Shown: positions 1-14,646 of the stretch, piece by piece
Position numbering within the stretch: position 1 is the stretch's first letter
How the letters are laid out: every line of letters starts with the position of its first letter
DNA from: the human T2T-CHM13v2.0 reference genome, Homo sapiens
Length of the DNA: 64,000 bases
Direction: 5' to 3' (one strand)
NCBI RefSeq assembly: GCF_009914755.1
Contig: NC_060930.1
Program-made: the position numbers and the translations under genes
The notes under the pieces: generated by a model
What the model was told of the DNA's origin: nothing
Database searches by the model: none
The model's input: the letters and a program-made list of their open reading frames with translations, nothing else

Positions 1-881
1 AAATGGAAAGACCTAGTTCCTGAGAGAATTCTGAGATGGCTATTCATTTGTAAGAAAGTTCAAACACAAGTCTGTGGCCTTAGGAAATCATTTTGAACTA
101 CTTATTAATTCTGAGAATTTAAAATGTGAATACGTCTTGTTATTTTGTATTGCTCCATAATTACTACATTTACTAAATTGCTATTTAATATCTACTCTCC
201 TTAAAAAACAAACAAATGAATAAAATCAAAGGAGTGGTAAAATGTGAACATGTGTAGCAAAAGGCCAAGAAGTATTTTTATTTATATTTTTATTTTAAAA
301 GGATAGTAATTTTGCTTGAGATCAAGACAAATGTGATTTCTCTGTGTGATTGAGACAGGTGGTTCCATATGGCTATGCTAACTATGCAGTGTCGTTCTTC
401 CCTTTACCAACAGCCAACCACTGGCCTTGCCCTGGTTGTCTCTATTATTTAGCATAAAATTTTCTAACCAATTTAAATTATGAAAACTTTCTGCCACATA
501 AAAAGATATAAGGAATACTATAACCTACTTCTGAATAAAGGTGTTCAGCTGAACACCTGATTTGCATGGACTCCCTCCTGAAACCCACCAATGTAAGTTT
601 TTGGAGCTCTAAACCCATAAAGGAAAAGAGAATACAAGGAGGAAAAGAGCAGCAAACTTTTTGGGAGCTATAAAGCCTATGGATCAATGGCAACCTGCTT
701 GGCAACTTGAGAAAACTAAATATTAACTTGGTAGTAGAAACATTTCAGGAGAAAGGTGATTTAAGTCACAAGATCTTCAGATGATGAAACACTGGGGACT
801 CAAGAGGGCCCTGCAAGTGAAGGTGAGGGAGTGGGGAAGTGTTTGAAAACTTTAGGAGTCAGGGAATCCAACTCCCCACTC

Positions 882-1715
882 TGACATAGCCTTATCAAAC
901 ATTATAACAGTGAGAAAATTATGACAGAAAAAGGAATCTGACCTAATCAACTCTGTCTTGTCTTTACCCTCCAAACTGCCCTTGTTTATTCCTGGGCATA
1001 GACCAGCTACCTTTGGGAGGAATTTAGTTTATAATTTAACTTTGAAACAAAGACAATAGCCCTTCTCCAAAACAAACCCCCTCCTTGCTTAGGGACCAGA
1101 CTGCCTTTGTAAAACCAACAAATTAGCCATAAGATTAGAAATTATGGCTTAGGAGTCATGCAGCCAGAGACCACAGGATTCCTAACTTCCCCAGGTGCTC
1201 CAAAACATAATATTACTATTGTAAAATCTAAGATTGGTGTTTGAGTTATTTTTCAGACCCTGCATTCTGATGGATCAGCTGGTGCTACCCAGACAGGTAA
1301 ACTGGCTCATCTAGTCTTGTGGTCCCCACCTAGGAACTGATTCAGTGCAAGAGGATGGCTTCAACTTCCTGTGATTCCCTCCCTGACCCAACCAATCAGC
1401 GTTCACCATTCCTTAGCCCCCTCCACACCAAACTATCTTTTAAAAACAAACAAACAAACAAACAAACAAACAAACAAACAAAACCCTTAGCTCCATGGAG
1501 ACTTACCAGAAAAAAACTAAAAGTATCGATATAAAATAAAATAGAAACTCTGACCTCAGAATTTTCAGGGAGGCTGATTTAGGTAATAATAAAACTCTGG
1601 TCTCTCATTTAGCTGACTCTATGTATATTAAATTCTTTCTCTATTGCAATTCCCCTGTCTCAATTAACTGGTTCTATCTGGGCAGTGGCCAAGAAGAACC
1701 CATTGGGTGGTTACA
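882..1715 (+). mobile_element. Solo ERV1 LTR, LTR8/LTR8A-like
   Basis: TG...CA ends; recalled consensus segments (gagaaaattatgacag, aagattagaaattatggcttaggagtcatgcagc); near 4-bp TSD actc/cctc. Confidence 0.8.
1444..1484 (+). repeat. (AAAC)n microsatellite, ~9-10 units, inside the LTR
   Basis: Directly visible. Confidence 0.95.
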
Positions 1716-2249
1716 CCTCTATTCTACTCAGCTGCTCCAATGATTCTCTTCAATTCCAGGCCAAAATGAAGGTTTATTCTGCAGAAAGGATAACAGAGAA
1801 ATTTTAATTGGGAGAGAAAGGGACCATGCAACACTGAAGACAGGAGTCCTATAAAGGAAAGAGGGAGCATAAATGAAGTGATGACTGTCAAATGACTGCC
1901 CCTTCTTCTCCACTAGCTCCTAGAATGCTGAGAGCTGACTTAAACCCTCCAAACAGGAGATAGATTACTCACTGGAGGATCTACTCAGCCTAAAGATATT
2001 AATGTTGGAGACTCCTCAATAAAAGTGCCAAGTCCAATCCCAGGATGAAGCCCACAGTGTACAAGTCCTACCAGGCCCTAGAATTTCCTATTTTGCTGTC
2101 CAGCTTTCAGTATGAATGAACTTCAAAGGTTCTTTAGGTATTAGAGGAAACTTTCTACTGTTTTAAAATGAAAGTCAGCGACCAAAACAGCAATGAAAAA
2201 CTAATAAAGGAAAGTAGATCATCCAAAAAAAAAAAAAAAAGCCAGCTGA

Positions 2250-2560
2250 GAAGGAAAGTGGGAGGGAGGAACAAAGAGAAGTTTGTTAACAGGTACAAAT
2301 ATATACTTAGATAAAAGGAATAAATTCTAGTATTAGATAGTACAGTAGGAAAATTATAATTAACAATAATTTGTTGTGTATTTCAAAATATCTAGAAGAG
2401 AAGAATTGTAATGTTCCCAACACTAAGAAAAGATAAATGTTTGAGATGTGGATATCCCAGTTATCCTGACTTGATCATTATGTGTTACATACATGTATCA
2501 AAATATCACATATGCCCCAAAAATATGTACAACTATGATATATCAATTTAAAAAACACAA
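2250..2560 (+). mobile_element. L1MA-type 3' end fragment
   Basis: Typical L1MA 3'UTR text (gatatcccagttatcctgacttgatcatt...aaatatgtacaactatgatatatcaattt). Confidence 0.65.
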
Positions 2561-3162
2561 AAATTTCAACTCAAAAAAGTGGATACTATCCTGAGAAAAC
2601 AAAACATAACAAAACTCTTTCACTGATATACTCAGAGAGCTAAGAAAAAATATAGCATCAGTTAAATAATAGCAGGATACTAGAAGAAAGAACAATTTTA
2701 TAATGAAAGGAGTCTGAGAAATTAACAATAAAATATCAGCAATGAAAAACTCAAAAGAAGATTAGGAGCATAATGTTGAAAAAAGAAATGCTCAAGAAAG
2801 TTAAGCAAAAATCAGACAGGAGAATAAGATTTTAACTACTTGACCAAATTAGTCAGTAGTTCCTATCCAAATAACAGAAGTTCCAGAAGACAAAGCAGAA
2901 AGATTTGGGAAAAGCAGGAGAGGGATCAAATAATTTACAAAAATCTCACTGGGCCAAGAATGAAAATGAAATTACAGAAGATCATCATGAAATCACTGCA
3001 TGTGGATGATTGCCAGACGAGGAAAAATTTTCATTAACAAAGAATCAGATTGGCTGGAACATCTCAAAAGCTAATTGGAAGCCCAAATTCATTAGAATAA
3101 AGCCATCACAATTCTTAAGGAAAGTGACTTCCAACCTAAAAATAAATACCCAGCTGAGTTAC

Positions 3163-3529
3163 TGTATTAGTCCATTTTCACACTACTAATAAACACATAC
3201 TCAAGGCTGGGTAATTTACACAGCAAAAGGGTTTAATGGACTCAGTTCTGCGTGGCGGGGGAGGCCTCACAATCATGGTGGAAGGCAAAGAGGAGCAAGT
3301 CACATCTTACATGAATGGCAGCAGGCAAAGAGAGAGCTTGTGCAGGGAAACTCCCCCTTAGAAAACCATCAGTTCTCGTGAGACTTATCCACTATCGCCA
3401 GAACAGCTCAAGAAAGACTCATCCGCATGATTCAATTACCTCCCACTGGGTCCCACCCACAACACATGGGAACTGTGGGAGCTACAATTCAAGATGAGAT
3501 CTGGGTGGGGACACATCCAAACCATATCA
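3163..3529 (-). mobile_element. THE1 (MaLR) solo LTR
   Basis: tgtattagtccattttcac...ccaaaccatatca with a perfect 5-bp TSD gttac (3158-3162 and 3530-3534). Confidence 0.92.
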
Positions 3530-3919
3530 GTTACCTATTGAGCATGAGAGTAAAATAAAGAATTTTTGAATTTGCAAAATCTTAAAACTTATCTTCTATG
3601 CATCCATTCTAAGGTATGCAAGAGCAAGAAAGAGGATTATTATGGAGCCATGAATCAGAGTCCCAGACACAAAAGAAACAGAGAGCTTCCCAAAAATTTG
3701 GTGAAGAGAGATTCAAAGATGTTGACTCAGTCATAGAAATAAACTGAACCACATTTGCAGAGAACAGAAGACTCCATGAGAACTTTCAGAACCCTGAAAT
3801 TAACAGAGTACAGAGTGTGTTTGAGATATTTCATACATCTGGGAGAGTTTAAGGATAGATAAATGCCAAACACAAAGAAAACTAAGCAAACAACACACAC
3901 ACGGCAAAAGATAGGACAT

Positions 3920-4540
3920 TTAGCTCTTACATTTAGATCTGTGATCTATTTTAATTATTTTTTGTGTATGGTATGAGGTAAGGGTTTAAATCCCTCTTTT
4001 TGCAAGTAAATATTCATTTGTACCAGATTATTTTTTGCAAGGACTATTTTTTTCTCCCAAGGAATTGCCTTGGCATCTTTGTTGGAAATAAATTGACCAT
4101 AAACTTAAGAGTTTGTTTTAGAACTTAAATTCTGTTTCATTGATCTGCAGGCCTGTTCTTATGCCAATACAACATCATCTTGCTTACTGTAGTTTTATAC
4201 TATCTTTTGAAATCAGGAATTATAAGTTCTGCAAATTTTTCTTTTTTTCTCAAATTGTTTTAATATTCTGGGTTTTTTTGCATTTCCATATATATATTTT
4301 AGGATGAGTTTGGCAATTATTGCCATTCTTCTGCTAGGGAGAATTTGAAGAGAATTTGCCATCTTGATATTGAGTCTTCCAATCCATGAACATGAAATAT
4401 TCCTCCATATATATAGATCTTCTATATACTCTCTCAGCAATGTTTAATATTATAGTTTTCAGTGTATCTATCTTTCACTTTTTTTGTTAAATTTGCTCCT
4501 AAGTATTTAATTATTTTAATGCTATTGTGAATTGTTTTCT
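3920..4540 (-). mobile_element. Old L1M ORF2 fragment, left part of an interrupted element
   Basis: ORF 4213-4440 reads WRNISCSWIGRLNI (L1 ORF2-like); the element resumes at ~11231. Confidence 0.8.
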
Positions 4541-4544
4541 CTTC

Positions 4545-7500
4545 TTTTCCTTTTTATTTTATTTTAAGTTCTGGGTTACATGTGTAGGATGTGCAGGTTT
4601 GTTACATAGCTAAATGTGTGCCGTGGTGGTTTGCGGCACCTATCAACCCATCACCTGAGTATTAGGCTCAGCATGCATTAGCTAGTTTTCCTGACGCTTT
4701 CCCTCCCACTGCCCAACCTCTGACAGGTCCCAGTGTGTGTTGTTCCCCTCCCTGTATCCATGTGTTCTCATTTTTCAACTCCCACTTATAAGTGAGAACA
4801 TGCAGTGTTTGGTTTTCTGTTCCTGCATTAGTTTGCCGAGGATAATGGCTTCCAGCTCCATCCATGTCCCTGCAAAGGGCATGATCTAATTCCTTTCTAT
4901 GGCTGCGTAGTATTCCATAGTGTATATGTACTACCTTTTCTTTATCCAGTCTATCATTGATGGGCATTTGGGTTGATTCCATGCCTTTGCTATTGTGACT
5001 AGTGTTGCAATAAACATACATGTGCATGTATCTTTATAACAGAATGATTTATATTCCTTTGGGTATATACCCAGTAATGAGATTGCTGAGTCAAATGGTA
5101 TTTCTAACTCTAGGTCTTTGAGGAATCACCACACTGTCTTCCACAATGGCTGAACTAATTTACATTCCCATTGTGTGAAAGCATTTCTATACCTCCATAG
5201 CCTCACCAGCATCTGTTGTTTCTTGACATTTTAATAATCACCATTCTGACTGGTATGGGATGCTATCTTATTGTGGTTTTGTTTTGTATTTCTCTGATCA
5301 TCAGTGATGTTGAGCTTTTTTTCATATGCTTGTTGACTGCATAAATGTCCTCTTTTGACAAGTGTCTGTTCATGTCCTTTACCCACTTTATAATGAGGTT
5401 GGGTTTTTTTTTCTCGTAAATTTGTTTAAGTTCCTTATAGACTCTAGATATTAGGCCTTTGTCAGATGGGTAGATTGCAAAAATTTTCTCCCATTCTGTA
5501 GGTTGTCTGTTTGCTGTGATGATAGTTTCTTTTACTGTGCAAAGCTCTTTAGTTTAATTAGATCCCATTCGTCAATTTTGGCTTTTGTTGCAATTGCTTT
5601 TGGTGATTTCACAATGAAATCTTTGACCATGTCTGTGTCCTGAATGGTATTGCCTAAATATTCTTCTAGCATTTTTATAGTTGTGGGGTTTACATTTAAG
5701 TCTCTTATCTATCTTGAGTTAGTTTTTGTACAAGGTATAAGGAAGGGGTCCAGTTTCAGTTTTCTGCATATGACTAGCCACTTCTCCTGGCATCATTTAT
5801 TATATAGGGAATCATTCCCCCATTGCTTGTTTTTGTCAGGTTTGTCAAGGATCAAATGGTTGTACATGTGCAGTCTTATCTCTGAGATCTCTATTCTGTT
5901 CTGTTGGTCTATGTGTCTGTTTTGGTACCAGCACCATGCTGTTTTGGTTACTGTAGCCTTGTAGTATAGTTTGAAGTCAGGTAGCATGATTCCTCCAGCT
6001 TTGTTCTTTTTGCTTAGGATTGTCTTGGCTATATGGGCTCTTTTTTGGTTCCATATGAATTTTTAAATAGTTTTTTCTAATTCTGTGAAGAATGTCAATG
6101 GTAGTTTCATGGGATAGCATTGAATGTATAAATTGCTTTGGGCAGTATGGCCATTTTCATGATATTGATTTTTCCTATCCATGAGCATGGACTTTTTTTT
6201 TTATTTGTTTGTGTCCTCTCTGATGTCCTGAGCAGTAGCTCTTCTTGAAGAGGTCCTTCACTTCCCTTGTTAGCTGTATTTTTAGGTATTTTATTCTCGT
6301 TGTAGCAATTGTGAATGGGAGTTCACTCATGATTTGGCTCTCTGCTTGTCTGTTGTTGGTGTGTAGGAATTTTTGTGATTTTTGCACATTGATTTTGTAT
6401 CCTGAGACTTTACTGAAGTTGTTTATCAGCTTAAGAAGCTTTCGGGGTTAAATGATGGGGTTTTCTAGATATAGGATCGTGTCATCTACAAAGACTATTT
6501 GACTTCCTTTCTTTCTATTTGAATACACTTTATTTATTTCTCTTGCCTGATTGCCCTAGCCAGACTTTCCGATACTATGTTGAATAGGAATGGTGAGAGA
6601 GACCATCCTTGCCCTGTACTGGTTTTCAAATAAAATGCATCCAGCTTTTGCCCATTCAGTATTCAGTATGATATTGGCTGTGGGTTTGTCATATATGGCT
6701 CTTATTATTTTGAGGTATGTTCCTTCAATACCTAGTTTATTGCGAGTTTTTAACATGAAGTAATGTTAAATTTTATCAAAGGCCTTTTCTGCATCTATTG
6801 AGATAATCATGTGGTTTTTGTCTTTAGTTCTGTTTATGTGATGAATTACATTTATTGATTTGCATATGTTAAACCATCCTTGCATCCCAGGGATGAAGCC
6901 AACTTGATCGTGGTGGATAAGCTTTTTGATGTGCTGCTGGATTCGGTTTGCCAGTATTTTATCGAGGAGTTTTGCATCAATGTTCGTCGGGCCTGTTGGC
7001 CTGAAGTTTTCTTTTTTTGTTATGCCTCTTCCAGGTTTTGGTATCAGGATAATGCTGGAATCACAAAGTGGGTTGGGGGGAGTACCTTCTTTTCAATTGT
7101 TTGGAATAGTTTTGGAAGAAATGGTACCAGCTCTTCATTGTGCCTCTGATAGAATTCAGTTGTAAATCTGTCTGGTCCTGGGCTTTTTTTGTTTGTTTGT
7201 TTGGTAGGCTATTTATTACTGCATCAATTTCAGAACTCATTATTGGTTTATTCAGGGATTTGACTTCTTCCTGGTTCAGTCTTGGGAGGTTATATGTGTC
7301 CAGGAATTTATCAATTTCTTCTAGATTTTCTAGTTTATTTGCATAGAGGTGTTTATAGTATTCTCTGATGGTTGTTTGTATTTCTGTGGGATCAGCGGTG
7401 ATATCCCCTCTATCATTTTTTATTGTGTCTATTTCATTCTTCTCTCTTTTCTTCTTTATTAGTCTATCTAGCAGTCTATCTATTTTATTAATTTTTTCAA

Positions 7501-10500
7501 AAGATTCATTGATTTTTTGAAGGATTTTTCATGTCTCTATCTCCTTCAGTTCCACTCTGATTTTGGTTTTATTTCTTGTCTTCTGCTAGCTTTGGGATAT
7601 GTTTGCTCTTGGTTTTCTAGTTCTTTCAGTTGTGATGTTAGGATGTTGATTTGAGATCTTTTTAGCTTTTTGATGTGGGCACTTAGTGCTATAAATTTCC
7701 CTCTTAACACTGTTTTAGCTGCATCCCAGAGATTCTGGTATGTTGTATCTTAGTTCTCATTGATTTCAAAGAATGTCCTGATTTCTGCCTTAGTTTCATT
7801 ATCTACCCAGGAATCACTCAGGATCAAGTTGTTCAATTTTCATGTAGCTGTGTGGTTTTGAGTGAGTTTCTTAATCTTGAGTTCTAATTTGATTGAGCTG
7901 TGATGTGAGAGACTGTTATGATTTCAGTTCTTTTGTGTTTGCCAAGGAGTGTTTCACTTCCAATTATGTAATCAATTTTGGAGTAAGTGCCATGTGGCAC
8001 TGAGATAATTGTATAATCTGTTGTTTTGGGGTGGAAAGTTCCATTGATATGTACCAAGTCCACTTGATCTAGAGCTGAATTCAAGTCCTGAATATCTTTG
8101 TTAATTTTTTATCTCAATTATCTAATATTGGCAGTAGAGTGTTAAAATATCCCACTATTATTGTGTGGGAGTCTAGGAGACCTCTTTGTAGGTCTCTAAG
8201 AGTTTGTTTGATGAATCTGGGTGCTCCTGTATTGGGTGTGTGTATATTTAGGACAGTTAGCTCTTCTTGTTGAATTGAACCCTTTACCATTATGTAATGC
8301 TCTACTTTGTCTTTTTTGATCTTTGATGGTTTAAAGTACTTTTTGTCAGAAACTAGGATTGCAATCTCTGCCTTTTTTTCTGCTTTCCATTTGCTTGGTA
8401 AATTTTCCTCCATCCCTTTATTTTGAGCCTATGTGTGCCTTTGCAGGTGAGATGGGTCTCTTGGACTACAGCACACCGATGGGTCTTAACGTTTTATCCA
8501 GCTTGACATTCTGTGTCTTTTAATTGGGGCATTTAGCCCATTTACATTTAAGGTTAATATTGTTATGTGTGAATTTGATTCCATCATCATGATGCTTGCT
8601 TGTTATTTTGCAGACCTTTAATGTAATTGCTTCATAGCAACTGGTCTGTGTACTTCAGTGTGTTTTTGTAGTGGCTGGTAATGGCTTTTCCTTCAGGAGT
8701 TCTTGCCAGGCAGGCCTGGTGGTGATGAATTCCCTCAGTATTTGCTTGTCTGAAAAAGATGTTATTTTTGCTTTGCTTATGAAGCTTAGTTTGGCTGGAT
8801 ATGAAATTCTGGGTTAGAAATTATTTTCTTTAAGAATGTTGAATATTGGCCCTCAATCTTTGCTGGCTTGTAGGGTTTCTGCTGAAAGTTCCGCTGTTAG
8901 TCTGATGGGCTTCTCTTTGTACGTGACCTGGCCTTTCTTTCTGTCTGCCCTTAATATTTTTTTCTTTATTTCAACCTTGGAGAATGTGATGATTATGTAT
9001 CGTGTGGTTGATCTTCTTGTGGAGCATCTTATTGGGGTTCTCTGGATTTCCTGAATTTGAATGTTGGCCTGTCTTGCTAGGTTGGGGAAGATCTCCTGTA
9101 TGATATCCTGAAGTGTATTTTCCAGTTTGGTTCCATTCTCCCTGTCTCTTTCAGGTACCCCAGTTAGTCAATTAGTCATAGGTTCAGTCTTTTTACATAA
9201 TCTCATAGTTCTTGGAGGTTTTGTTTGTTCCTTTTTATTCTTTTTTCTCTAACCTTGTCTGCCTGTCTTATTTCAGCAAGATAGTCTTCAGGCTCTGAGA
9301 TTCTGTCCTCCACTTGGTCTATTTGGCTATTGATGCTTCTAGTTGCATTGTGAAGTTCTTGTGTTGTGTTTTTCAGCTCCATCAGGTCATTTATATTCCT
9401 CTCTAAACTTGTTATTCGGGTAACAACTCCTGTAATATTTTATCATGGTTCTTAGCTTCTTTGCATTGGGTTAGAACATACTTCTTTAGCTCAGCAAAGT
9501 TGGTTATTACTATTACCCACCTTCTGAAGCCTACTTGAGTCAATTCATCCATCTCAGCCTCAGCCCAGTTCTGTGCCCTTGCTGGGGAGGTGTTGCAATC
9601 ATTTGGAAGAGAAGAGGCACTCCTACTTTTTGAATTTTCAGTGTTTTTGCATTGATTCTTTCTCATCTTCATGAGTTCTCTGAGGCTGCTGACCTTTGGA
9701 TAGCATTTTTATGGGGTCTTTTTGTTGATGTTGTCATTGCTTTCTGTTTTTCTTTTAATAGTCAGGCCCCTCCTCCGCTGGGCTGCTGTGGTTTGCAGGG
9801 GGTCCACTCCAGAGTCTATTCGCCTGGGTGTCTCCTGCACCTGGAAGTGTCACAATGGGGGCTGCAGAACAGCAAAGATGGCTGCCGGCCATCCTTTGGG
9901 AGTTGCATCCTTGAGGGGCACCTAGCTGATTCTGGCAGGAACACTCTGTATGAGGTGTCTGATGACCCCTGTTGGGAGATCTTATCCAGTCAGGAGCCAC
10001 GGGATCAGGGACCTGCTTAAAGAAGCAGTCCAGCTGTCCCTTGGTGGAGCAGGTTCACTGTGCTGGGGAGAATCCCTCATCTGTACTGCCAACAGGCAGG
10101 AAAGACTATGTCCCCTGAACTGTGGAGACTACAGCCTCCCCTCCTGCCAGGGGCTTCTTCCCAGGGAAATCAGAGTTCTGTCTGTAAACCCCTGGCTAGA
10201 GTTGCTGAAATTCCTGCAGGGAGGTCCTGCCCAGTGACGAGGGATGGGTCCGGGTCCCACCTAAAGCAGTAGGCTGACCATGATCTGCCACAGCTGCTGT
10301 GCTGCACCATGGGAAATTCCTCCTGGTCCAGACCACCCAGTCTCCTTGCACTGGCAGGGGAAAGCAGCCAACTGGAGCTGCAGTGATGGTGGCCACCCCT
10401 CCCATGGGAATTTGGTCGCTTAGGCAGTCTCCAGCCTGCTACTGCTGGCTGAAACCTGAGCAGGTTGAAACCCAAGGCCCTGTGCTTGAAACCCAAGGCC

Positions 10501-10835
10501 CTGGTGATGTGGGCTCACAAGGTGATCTCCTGATCCATGAGATGCACAGTTCCGTGGAAAAAGCATGGTTTCATAGGCAGGGTAGCACAATCACTCACTG
10601 CCTCCTTTGGCTGGAGCGGGGGGAGTTCCCCTTATTCCATGAGGCTCCCAGGTAAGCCATCACTTCACCCTATTTTTCCTTGCTCTATGTGGGTCCCCCA
10701 ACTGCCTAGTCAGACCTGGTGAGATAACCTGGATACCTCAGTTGATGGAGCAGGATTCACTAGTCATGTTTGTACTTCTCGGTGGGAACCACAGACTGGA
10801 GCTGCCTCTATCGGCCATCTTTTCCCCTCCCCTCT
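4545..10835 (-). mobile_element. Full-length (~6.3 kb) decayed L1PA element (approx. L1PA7-L1PA10)
   Basis: T-rich tail at ~4545 and primate L1 3'UTR; ORF2 pieces ([49 protein letters not shown]); ORF1 start (MRKNQCKNTENSK); ~1.1 kb GC-richer 5'UTR ending at the YY1 site AAGATGGCC (10813-10821). Both ORFs are broken. Confidence 0.93.
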
Positions 10836-10948
10836 TCTTCTTTTCTTTTTTTTCTTTTCTTTCCTTTTCCTTTTCTTTTCTTTTTTTTTCTTTTCTCTTC
10901 TCTTCTCTTCTTCCTTCCTTCCTCCTTCCTTCGTTATTTTTTTTTTTT
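10836..10948 (+). repeat. CT-rich low-complexity tract (expanded Alu tail)
   Basis: Mixed (TTTTC)n/(CTTC)n units abutting the AluJ 3' end. Confidence 0.85.
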
Positions 10949-11690
<742 letters not shown>

Positions 11691-12560
11691 TGGGGAGGAG
11701 ATTTATTTAATTCCTTGCTCTGACATGCTACAAGTAGGACATTTCCATGAAATTATAACCTTGGTGATTATATTACTTATTCTTAGTTTGTGGTTGGTAT
11801 TGTTATTTCTTTTTGAATCTGCCTGATCATTTTTATGTGTTTATTTCAGTTTTAATTCTTTCACTATTTTATCAAAAGTTATGCTGCATTCTTATTTTAA
11901 CAATTCTTTAATTCAAATTTCTGCATGTTCAATTCTGTGACTTCTTGTTCCCTTTTACTCTCATGTATAATGCTTTCTTTTCTTGTGTGCTTTATAGTTT
12001 AGTAGTGTATTCTCATGTTTGCTAAGCATATACTACATAGGAATCATGGAGGGCATGGCTTGAAGAGAGGATTTATAATTGTTTTTGCCAGGCACCTCAA
12101 GGCTACCCAAGTCAGGACCATGTTCTGTGAATTTTTTAGTATGGGGTTCTTGGATTTTGCAGGAAGTGTAAATCCAAATTTGAAGCCATGTGAAGATCTG
12201 GCTGTGGCTACAAATTCTTAGGGAACATTTTCCTTCCCAAAACCCAGGCCAATATAAATGACACTTCTTATTGTTTTCTTTTCTTGGTGGGCGAACTTTT
12301 CTAGTTCTTCTTTTGCAATGGATGTAGCACTTTCAGACTTCATATTATATTGTTAGTTCTTTATTCCAAATCTTTGTCTCTCTGGGTCTAAGCCTTAGTT
12401 ATTAGTAACTGCTGTGGTTAGAAGACTATGCCTTACTCGCAGGAAGATGGACACTGCCAAGTCTTTTGGGGGTAACTATTAATTGAGTGCTGCTTAGTAC
12501 TAAGATTTTTAGCTTCTTCTACCTGTTTTTCTTCATTTCTTGAGTGTATAACTGTGTTTA

Positions 12561-13030
12561 TGTGGCAGTGTTGCATCTGGTTTCCAAGATGAGCTATAAT
12601 GACCTTTATTTCCTGGTACTCACATACTCGTGTAGTCTCCTGGAATCATGGTGGACTCCTGTGAGCATTAGAATGATGTGGAAATGACAGTGTGTTTTCT
12701 AAAGTTAGGTCAGAAAAGCATGGCAGTTTCCATCTTGGCTTCTCTCATGGATAACTTGCTGTAAGGGAAACGAGTCTTATGTGTTAGGGACACCCAAGCA
12801 GCCTGTGGTGAGGCCAACATGGTGAGGCCCATATGGGGATGAATTGAGGCTTCTGTCAATAACCAACATCAGTTATACAACTATGTGAGCAAGCCTCCTT
12901 GGCAGTAGATCCCAGCTATGCTACTCCTGACTTCCTGACCCACAAAAACGGTGAGAGATAATGAATGGTCATTGTTATTTAAAGCTATTATTAAATAAGG
13001 AATTTTATTATACAACAACAGAAATATAAT
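12561..13030 (+). mobile_element. MLT1-type MaLR LTR
   Basis: tgtggcag...gacttcctgacccacaaaaacggtgagagataatgaatggtcattgttatttaaagct. Confidence 0.65.
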
Positions 13031-13159
13031 ACAGGTGGCATTTATTATATGGTACCAGCATTTAATGATGTTTCCAAAGAGATGCTTCACAATTTTTTAG
13101 TCTACCATATTCTTAGAAACAGAAATATTGGCCAAGAAATAAGCACATCAGGTATTCTA

Positions 13160-13452
13160 CTGCCTCAAGTCTTTTTCACTAGCTAGTACCTTCTCTGGCC
13201 ACCCTATCTAAAATTTCAAGTCTTTTTTTTTCGTACTTTCTATTCTCCTTCCCTTCTTTTTTTCCTCTGCCTTAAAACTTATCACTATTTGAACATACTA
13301 ATCACTTCATTTATGTTAATTGTCTGTATTCCAACTACAACGTATACTCTATAAGGGCAAGGATTTTGGTCTGAGTACTTCACTGCCTCATCCCATGACA
13401 CAAGAACAATACCTGGCAAATAGTTAAGTGTCCAGTAAATATTTGTGGAATT
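13160..13452 (+). mobile_element. L2 3' end fragment
   Basis: aagggcaaggattttggtc...cctggcaaatagttaagtgtccagtaaatatttgtggaat. Confidence 0.65.
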
Positions 13453-14327
13453 AGCAAAGGAGTAGATAAAATTTTAGCCTGAGCCTCAATCAGATTATCC
13501 TGATAACATCTTCCCCTATTATACTCTGCTATGCCCCCAAAGCTTTCATGACTCCCAAACGCATTAAGTGTGAGGCCCCAATCCTCCAGATTCAGGGTGC
13601 AGTGTGCCATGCCCTCCCTCCCATTTATTTCTAGTTCTCTTAATGTCTAGACAACTGAGTTGGCTTTTAATCACTAAAAATTTTTGACTAGTCAAATTCC
13701 CCAAGTTTCCCATTTTTCTAGACAGAATTTGCTTTAACTCAAGTTTAATATCTCTTCTTTGCTTCTTCAATCTTATTTAGATAGAGTACCAGTCCATAAT
13801 GAAATTAACCCTTTCCAGATCTCTACATGGAAAAAAAATCAGGGTAAATTTCACAACTGCATTTATTTACCTGGGTTCAACATTTCCTCCATCACCTCAT
13901 CTAATTTTTTAACTTAAACAATGTGGATGCTGGTGCTCTCATAATATTCTATTTTAAAAATTAGACGTATATGCAATGTAACATTGGAAAACTTCAGAAG
14001 GAAAAATTAATACAAGCTTTTTAAGAATTGTATTCTTCTTTAGCCAAAAATAGTCTTTTTATGTTAGTTTAATTCCACAAAACAGTATGTTCATTGGTTA
14101 TTCTTCACTAGAGAGGTGTGCTTGCTATTATAAATATGAAAGTGGAGAAGAATGCTAGTTTCCAAATAACAAGAATGTGATCTTATTAGAACTATTCCTT
14201 CCTCTTCTCTTACAGATTTTTGTTGTGCCAACACAATACTAATCAAAGCATGGCCATTTCTTTTATCAAAGGAATACAAAGGAATAGTTAATTTAAACAA
14301 TATTGCCCTTAGAAATACTACTAGGAG

Positions 14328-14646
<319 letters not shown>

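Noticed and set aside
4668-10655. Many 60-120 aa ORFs on both strands
   Set aside because: All lie within the decayed L1PA (ORF1/ORF2 fragments, antisense frames or 5'UTR) and are not host genes.
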